Origin: the human T2T-CHM13v2.0 reference genome, Homo sapiens | Assembly (NCBI RefSeq): GCF_009914755.1 | Contig: NC_060928.1 | Reading direction: 5' to 3' (one strand) | Length of the DNA: 64,000 bases | Shown here: in pieces, positions 56,415 through 64,000 of the stretch | Layout of the letters: the number at the start of each line of letters is the position of its first letter | Position numbering within the stretch: position 1 is the stretch's first letter | The notes under the pieces: model-generated | Databases searched by the model: none | What the model saw: only the letters and a program-made list of their open reading frames with translations | Told to the model about the DNA's origin: nothing | Position numbers and translations under genes: made by a program

Positions 56415-59400
56415 TTAGTTCCTACTTAAAAGTGAGAAGATGTGGTGTTTCGTTTTCTGTTCCTGTGTTAGTTTGCTGAGGATAACGGCTTCCAGCTCCA
56501 TCCGTGTCCCTGCAAAGGACATGATCTCATTACTTTTTATGGCTGCATAGTATTCCATGGTGTGTATGTACCACATTTTCTTTATGCAGTCTATCATTAG
56601 TGGGCATTTGGATTGATTCCATGTCTTGGCTATTGTGAATAGTGCTGCAATGACCATACATGTGCATGTATCTTTATAAAAGAATGATCTATATTCCTTT
56701 GTGTATACATTCAGTAATGAGATTGCTGGGTCAAATAGCACGTCTGGTTCTAGGTCTTTGAGAAATTGCCACACTGTCTTCCACAATGGTTGAACTAATT
56801 TACATTCCCACCAACAGCGTAAAGGGTTCCTATTTCTTCAGAGCCTTGCCAGCATCTGTTGTTTCTTGACTTTTTAATAATCACCATTCTGACTGGCATG
56901 ATATAGTATCTCATTGTGGTTTTCATTTGCATTTCTCTAATGATCAGTAATGTTAAACCTTTTTTCTTATGTTTGCTGGCCACATAAATGTCTCTTTTAA
57001 GAAGAGTCTGTTCGTGTCCTTTGCCCACTTTTTAATGGGGTTGTTTGTTTTTTTCTTGAAAATTTGTTTAAGTTCCTTGTAGATTCTGGATATTAGATCT
57101 TTGTCAGATGGGATAGATTGCAAAAGTATTCTCCCATTCTTAGGTTGTCTGTTCACTCTGATGATAGTTTCTTTTGCTGTGCAGAAGCTCTTCAGTTTAA
57201 TCAGATCCCATTTGTCAATTTTTGCTTTTGTTGCATTTGCTTTTGACATTTTCATCATGAACTCTTTTCCTGTGCCTATGTCCTGAATGGTATTGCCTAG
57301 ATTTTCTTCTAGGGTTTTTATAGTTTTGGATATTACATTTAAGTCTTTAATCCATCTTGAATTAATTTTTGTACTACAGAAGAGCTCCAGTTTCAAATGT
57401 CTGCATATGGCTAGCCAGCTTTCCCAGTGCCAGTTATTAAATAGGTAATCCTTTCCCAACTGTTTGTTTTTGTCAGGTTTGTCAAAGATCAGATGGTTGT
57501 AGATGCACAGTCTCATTTCTGAGATCTCTATTCTGTTCCATAGGTCTATGTGTCGGTTTTTGTACCAGTACCACGCTGTTTTCGTTACTGGAGCCTTGAA
57601 GTCAGGTAGTGTGATGCCCCCTTCTTTTTGTTTAGGATTGCCTTGGCTATGTGGGCTGTTTTATGGTACCATATGAATTTTAAAGTAGTTAGTTTTTTTC
57701 TAACTTTTGAAGCATGTCCATGGTAGTTTAATGGGAATAGCATTGCATTTATAAATTTATAATTTACTTTGGGCAGTATGGCCATTTTCGCGATATTGAA
57801 TCTTCCTATCCATGAGCGTGGAATGTGTTTCCATTTGTTTGTGTCCTCTATAATTTCCTTCAGCAGTATTTCTCCTTGAAGAGGTCCTTCACTTCCCTTG
57901 TTACCTGTATTCCTAGGCATTTTATTCTCTTTATAGCAATTGTGAATGGGAGTTCATGATTTGGCTCTCTGCTTGCCTATTATTGGTGTATAGGAATGCT
58001 TGTGACTTTTGCACATAGATTTTGTATCCAGAGACTGCTGAAGTTGCTTATCAGCGTTAGAAGCTTTTGGGCTGAGACGATGGAGTTTTCTAGATATAGG
58101 ATTATGTCATCTGCAAACAGAGACAGTTTGACTTTCTCTCTTACTATCCGGATACACTTTCTTTCTTTCTCTTGCCTGATTGCCCTGGCCAGAACTTCCA
58201 ATACCGTGTTGGGTAGGAATGGTGACAGAGTGCATCCTTGCCTTGTGCTGGTTTTCAAGGGGAATGCTTTGAGCTTTTGCCCATTCAGTATGCTATTGGC
58301 TGTGGGTTTTTCATAAATGGTTCTTATGATTTTTAGGCATGTTCCTTCAATACCTAGTTTATTGAGAGTTTTTTTTAACATGAAATGATGTTGAACTTTA
58401 TCGAAGGCCTTCTCTGTGTCTATTGAGGTAATCATGTGGTTTTTGTCTTTAGTTCTGTTTATGTGATGAATTACGTTTATTGATTTGTGTATGTTGAACC
58501 AGTGTTGCATCCTGGGTATGAAGCCAACTTGATCATGGTAGATAAGCTTTTTGATGTGCTGCTGGATTTGGTTTGCCAGCAACTTATTGAAGATTTTGGC
58601 ACAGATTTTCATCAGGAATATTGATCTGAAGTTTTCTTTTTTTTGGTATCCTGCCAGGATACAAATCCTGCCAGGTTTTGGTATCAGGATTATGCTGGCC
58701 TCATAAAATGAGTTAGGGAAAAGTCCTTCCATTTCAATAGTTCAGAATAGTTGCAGAAGAAATGATACCAACTCCTCTTTGTACCTCTGGTAGAATTCAG
58801 CTGTATATCCGTCTGGTCCTGGGCTTTTTTGGTTGGTAGGCTATTTATTACTGCCTCAATTTCAGAACTTGTTATTGATCTATTCAGGGATTCAACTTCT
58901 TTCTGGTTCAGTCTTGGGAGGGTGTATATGTCCAGGAATTTATCCATTTCTTCTAGATTTTCTAGTTTATTTGCATAGATTTTTTATAGTATTCTCTGAT
59001 TGTTATTTGTGTTTCTGTGGGGTCAGTGGTGATGTACCCTTTATCATTTTGTATTGTGTCTATTTGATTCTTCTCTCTTTTCTCCTTTATTAGTCTAGCT
59101 AGTGGTCTATCTATTTTATTAATATTTTCAAAAACCAGCTCCCGAATTATTGAAGGGTTTTTCATGTCTCTATCTCTTTCAGTTCTGCTCTTATCTTGGT
59201 TATTTCTTGTCTTCTGTTAGTTTTGTGGTTGTTTTGCTCTTAGTTCTCTAGTTCTTGTATTTGTGATGTTAGGGTATCAATTTAAGATCTTTCTACCTTT
59301 TTGATGTGGGCATTTGTTGCCATAAATTTTCCTCTTAACACTGCCTTAGCTGTGTCCCAGAGATTCTGGTCTGTTGTCTCTTTGTTCTCATTGGTTTCAA

Positions 59401-60213
59401 AGAACTTCTTGATTTCTACCTTAATTTGTTTATTTACCCAAGAATCATTCAGGAGCAGGTTGTTCAATTTCCATGAAGTTGTGAAGTTTTTGAGTGAGTT
59501 TCTTAATCTTGGGTTCTAATTTGGTTATTCTGTGGTCTGAGAAATTGTTTGTTATGATTTCGGTTATTTTGCATTTGCTGAGGAGTTTTTTACTTCCAGT
59601 TGTGTGATTTATTTTAGAGTAAGTGCCATGTGGCACTGAGAAGAATGTATATTCTGTTGTTTTTGCGTGAAGAGTTCTGTAAATATTTATCAGATCCACT
59701 TGATCCAGAGCTGAGTTCAAGTCCTGAATATGCTTGTTAATCTTCTGTCTTGATGACCTAATATTGACAATGGGGTGTTAAAGTCTCCCACTATTATTGT
59801 GTGGGAATCTAATTCTCTTTTTAGGTCTCTGAGAACTTGTATGTACTTGGGTGCTCCTTTATTGGGTGCATATCTATTTAGGATATTTAGCTCTTCTTGT
59901 TGAATTGATCCCTGTACTATTATGGAATGCATTTTTCTTTTGTCTTTTTGATCTTTGTTTAAACTCTGTTTTGTCAGAAACTGGGTTTGTCACCCCTGCT
60001 TTTTTTCTGCTTTCCATTTGCTTGGTAGATTTTCCTCCATCCCTTTATTTTGAGCTTATGTGTGTCTTTGCATGTGAGATGCGTCTCTTGAATACGGCAC
60101 AATGATTCGTCTTGACTCTTTATCTGGCTTGCCATTCTGTATTTTTTAATTAGGGCATTTACTCCATTTGCATTTAAGGTTAGTATTGTTATGTGTGAAT
60201 TTGATCCTGTCAT
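56415..60213 (-). pseudogene. L1 ORF2p, fragmented
   Basis: MTGSNSHITILTLN start, [17 protein letters not shown] and [10 protein letters not shown] fall in separate ORFs; the longest piece is 250 aa. Confidence 0.92.
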
Positions 60214-60289
60214 GATAATGCTAGCTGGTTATTTTGCAAACTTATTGATGTTTATAGCATCATTGGTTTTTGTACTTCAGTATGTTTTT

Positions 60290-61208
60290 GCAGTGGTTGC
60301 TAATGGTTTTTCCTTTCCATATTTAGTTTGTCCTTCAGGAGCTCTTGCAAGGCAGGCCTGGTGCCTCAGCATTTGCTTGTCTGAAAAGGATTTTATTTAT
60401 CCTTCATTCCTTTTCATTTATTAGTTTGGCCAGATATGAATTTCTGGGTTGGAAATTCTTTTCTTCAAGAATGTTGACTATTGTCCCCCAGTCTCTTCTG
60501 GCTTGTAGGGTTTCTGTTGAGAAGGTCACTGTTAGTCTGATAGGCTTTCCTTTGTAGGTGACCTGGCCTTTCTCTCTGGTTGCTGTTAACATTTTTTTTT
60601 TTCATTCATTTTGACCTTGGGGAATCTGATGATTATTTGTCTTGAGGCTGATCTTCTCCAGAAGTATCTTACTGGGGTTTTCTGATTTCCTGAATTTGAA
60701 TGTTGGCCGTCTTGTTAGGTTGGGGAAGTTCTCTTGGATGATATCTTGAAGTATGTTTTCCAACTTGGTTCCTTTCTCCCTGTTTTTTTCAGGTACCCCA
60801 ATCAGTCACAGGTTTTGTCTTTTTACATAATCACATAGTTCTTGGAGGTTTTGTTCATTCCTTTTCATTCTTTTTTTCCTCTAATCTTGTCTGCCTGTTT
60901 TATTTCAGCAAGATAGTCTTCAGGCTCTGAAATTCTTTCCTCTGCTTGGTCTATTTGGTTATTGATACTTTTGGTTGCATTGTGAGGTTCTCCTGTTGTG
61001 TTTTTCAGCTCCATCAGGTCATTTATATTCCTCTCTAAGCTGGTTATTCTGGTTAACAGCTCCTTCTGAAGCCTACTTCTGTCACTTCATCCATCTTAGC
61101 CTCCACCCAATTCTGTGCCCTTGCTGGAAAGGTTTTGCAATCATTTAGTGGAAAAAAGGCACCCTGGCTTTTTGAGTTTTCAGAGTTTTTTCATTGATTC
61201 TTTCTCAT
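60290..61208 (-). pseudogene. L1 ORF1p, disrupted
   Basis: MRKNQ start immediately followed by a stop. The later piece reads KGQVTYKGKPIRLT...ETLQARRDWG. Confidence 0.85.
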
Positions 61209-62599
61209 CTTTGTGAGTTTATCTAGCTTTGATCTTTGAGGCTGCTGATCTTTGGATGGGGTTTTTGTGGGGTCTTGTTTGTTAATGCTGGTGTTGTTGT
61301 TGCTTTCTGTTTCTTTGTTTTTCTTTTTAATAGTCAGGGCCTCTTCCACAGGGCTACTGTGATTTACTGTGTGTCCACTCCAGACCCTACTTGCCTGGGT
61401 CCCTCCTGCACCTGGAGGTGTCACCAGTGGAGGCTACAGAATAGCAAAGATGGCTGCCTACTCCTTCCTCTGTGATCTCTGTTTCATAGGGGCACTGACC
61501 TGATGCCCGTGGGAACATTCCTGTATAAAGTGTCTGGTGACCCCTGCTGGGGGGCTCTCACCCAGGCAGGAGGCACGGGATCCCAGACCTGTGTAATGAA
61601 GCACTCTAGCTGCCCCTTGGCAGAGGGGGTGTGTTGTGTTGGCAGGAATCTCACTCTTCTGGACTGCTCAGATTCCTCAGAGCCAGCCCGGAGAAAGACT
61701 AAGTCTGCTGATTCATGGAGACTGTGGCCACCCTTTCCCCCAGGGGCTCAGTCCCGGGGAGATCAGAGTTGTATCCCTAAACGCTTGGCTGGAGTTTCTG
61801 AAATTCAGGCAGGGAGACCCCAGCCAGTGAGGAGAGATGGGTTGGGGTCCAGCCTAAAGAGGCAGTCTGGCCATGATCTGCCACAGCCACTGTGCTGCAC
61901 AGTGGGAAATTCCACCTGTGTCCAAACTGTCGAGTCTCTTCAGCACTGGCAAGGGAAAAACAGCAGATTGGAGCTGCAGTGATGGCTGCCACCCCTCCCT
62001 TCAGGAGCTCAGTAGTCTTAGGCAGTAGGCAGTCACAGTGATGGCAGCTGCCACTTCCCTAGGAAGCTCAGTTGTCTTAGGCAGCAGGAAGCCACAATGA
62101 TGATGGCCACCTTTCCCTCTGGGAACTTGGTTATCTTAGGCAGACTCCAGCTGAGCGGCCACTGAGAATCTGCACAGCTCTGTGCTTGGGGCCCAAGGCC
62201 TTGGTGGCATGACCTCATGAGGGGGATCTCCTGATCTGTGGGTTGCACAGATCCATGGAAAAAGCATGGTTTCCCCGGCAGGGTAGCACAATCACTCACT
62301 GCCTCCCTTGGCTGGGGGTAGTAGCTCCCCTCTCCCCCGTGTGGCTCCCAAGTGAGCCATTGCTCCACCCTGCTTTTCCTCATTCTCTGTGGATTGCACC
62401 AACCGCCTAGTCAATCCTATTGAGAGAAATTGGATACTTCAGTTGCCAGTGCAGGATTTACTTACCATTTTCATTATCGGTGAGACTCTCCAACCACTGC
62501 TGTTTCTAGTCAGTTATCTTGGCCTTGCTGATTTTCTTCTTAATTATGTAATGATAACTTTATATCCAAACGATTGCTTTATTGAGTTGAAATTAGCTT

Positions 62600-63100
62600 C
62601 TATTTATTCATTTACTAAATAAAATAGATCATTGTGCTGGGTTTGAGGAATAAATAAAAGCAGAAGCAGGTCTTTCACTTCTGTGACCTAACTGTATGGT
62701 GGAAAAGAAAGACTTAATAAACAGTTTATATTTACAGATATTATATTAGAGGAGTGATTCCTACCCAGGGCTGTGCAACAGAAATATATGAAAGTTTATT
62801 TCATCAATGTTTCTTAAAACATACATGATTGACTGCGTGACTCTCATGGATATGAGTTTTAAAAGATTTTACTTTGAGTCTGACATACTCATCTCCTAGT
62901 CATATAAAAATGATTCTGGCATTAAAAGGATGGAAATTTTAACTCAAGCTGGGAGACAACATTTGTTCTGGGACATCTTTTATTCTGAGTCTTGAGAATA
63001 ATGTAGGAATTCACTAGATTGAGAAAACTGAAGGAACATTAGAGTCCAAGAAACATAGATGAAAAGGCAGATAGGCACATATAAACAAAAGAAAGACTGT
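62600..63100 (-). mobile_element. Decayed L2 fragments
   Basis: TTTATTCATTTACTAAATA...TGTGCTGGGT... and TGAGTCTTGAGAATAATGTAGGAATTCACTAG resemble reverse L2. Confidence 0.45.
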
Positions 63101-64000
63101 TAATGTTTAAGTGCAGCGTGGCATGACAATGACTTCTGGAAACCCATGGCAAAAACAAGCAAACACCAACAACATAAAAAAACAGATCTGTGTTGACCAA
63201 TCACAAAATAAAGTGTCCTTAAAAGTGAACATGTCAACAGAAATTTGAATAAAAGTAAATGACTGTGTCTATGTAAGAGCAACTTTTATTTTCTGGCAAA
63301 GAAAGAAGCAGTGCATATGGTAGTGTGCAGGAATAATAGCATGGGAGCAGTTTTCACCCACTGAAAAAATTTGTTTTAACATGTTTGTTCTCTAGGCAAT
63401 ATCCTCATGAACACATGTCATAGATGAAACTCCCTGACATTTCTTGATTAGTATTTTCTTAGTTTTGAATAATTAAAAATTAAAAGTAGGTATGATTAAG
63501 TTTATAAGACAAAAGTTATATTTACATGTCACACATTGTGCTAAGCATTTTAAAAACACTGCTTCATTTAAAAACATTGCACATTTTTACAACTATAAAA
63601 TTTATTAGCTTCATTTTATTGAGAAAAGCTAAGATTCTGAAAAGTTGAACGGCTTATCTAATATACTTTGTACCTTCAAATCCAGACCAACTTCTAAGTC
63701 TGGCTTCCAATGGACCTGCTATACAGTCTTCTTGTACGATTTGGAAACACCTTTTTTTCAGAAATACTTAGCCTATAAGGAGGAGTATGGTAGAAAACAC
63801 TTCTGAATGCCACAGAACAACGCACCATCTCTGTACTTTTGCTCTGTATACATGACAGAAGAAAAACTGTCAAGCAGTAAACTCTTCACCTGCAGGCAAG
63901 CATTACTTTCAAGTGTCTCCTTGAGAATATGAAAGATAATTGATAACTGCCATGAATATATTAGTCAAAATTTGAGTGCATTTTGTTTCAAATTGAACTC

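Larger units (their letters stand above)
56176..62529 (-). mobile_element. Full-length LINE-1, L1PA8-L1PA10-like, inactive
   Basis: Older-type 5'UTR (GGCCAAGATAACTGACTAGAAACAGC), ORF1/ORF2 remnants and 3'UTR CCTAGGTATTAAGCCCCACATGCAT. TSD GATTTTCTTCTT at 56164-56175 and 62530-62541, with a TT/AAGAA endonuclease site. Confidence 0.93.

Noticed and set aside
61975-62150. Three ~60-bp tandem units resembling an array
   Set aside because: They lie inside the L1 5'UTR, where tandem units are typical of older L1PA promoters, and they have no unique spacers.

Overview
Human genomic DNA; the species call rests on a diagnostic, human-specific AluYb8 at 42.3 kb. The window is AT-rich and dense in transposons, consistent with an intergenic or deep intronic region. 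I recognise no host protein-coding exon, tRNA, rRNA or CRISPR array. The ORFs with recognisable homology are all broken pieces of transposons: two full-length minus-strand LINE-1s with 12-bp target-site duplications (L1PA6-like, 26.4-32.6 kb; older L1PA8-10-like, 56.2-62.5 kb), a near full-length Tigger1 and seven Alus. Many solo LTRs (ERV1, ERVL, MaLR) and hAT-type MITEs are also present. Repeat names come from remembered consensus sequences, not a database search, and boundaries of old elements are approximate. I found no well-supported novel biological system. The best leads are modest: a possibly polymorphic AluYb8, a possible L1 antisense-promoter/ORF0 chimeric transcript with downstream exon-like segments, a MER53 hairpin one base from miR-1302, a CpG-retaining minus-strand micro-exon candidate, LTR-borne regulatory motifs and several template-switch scars.
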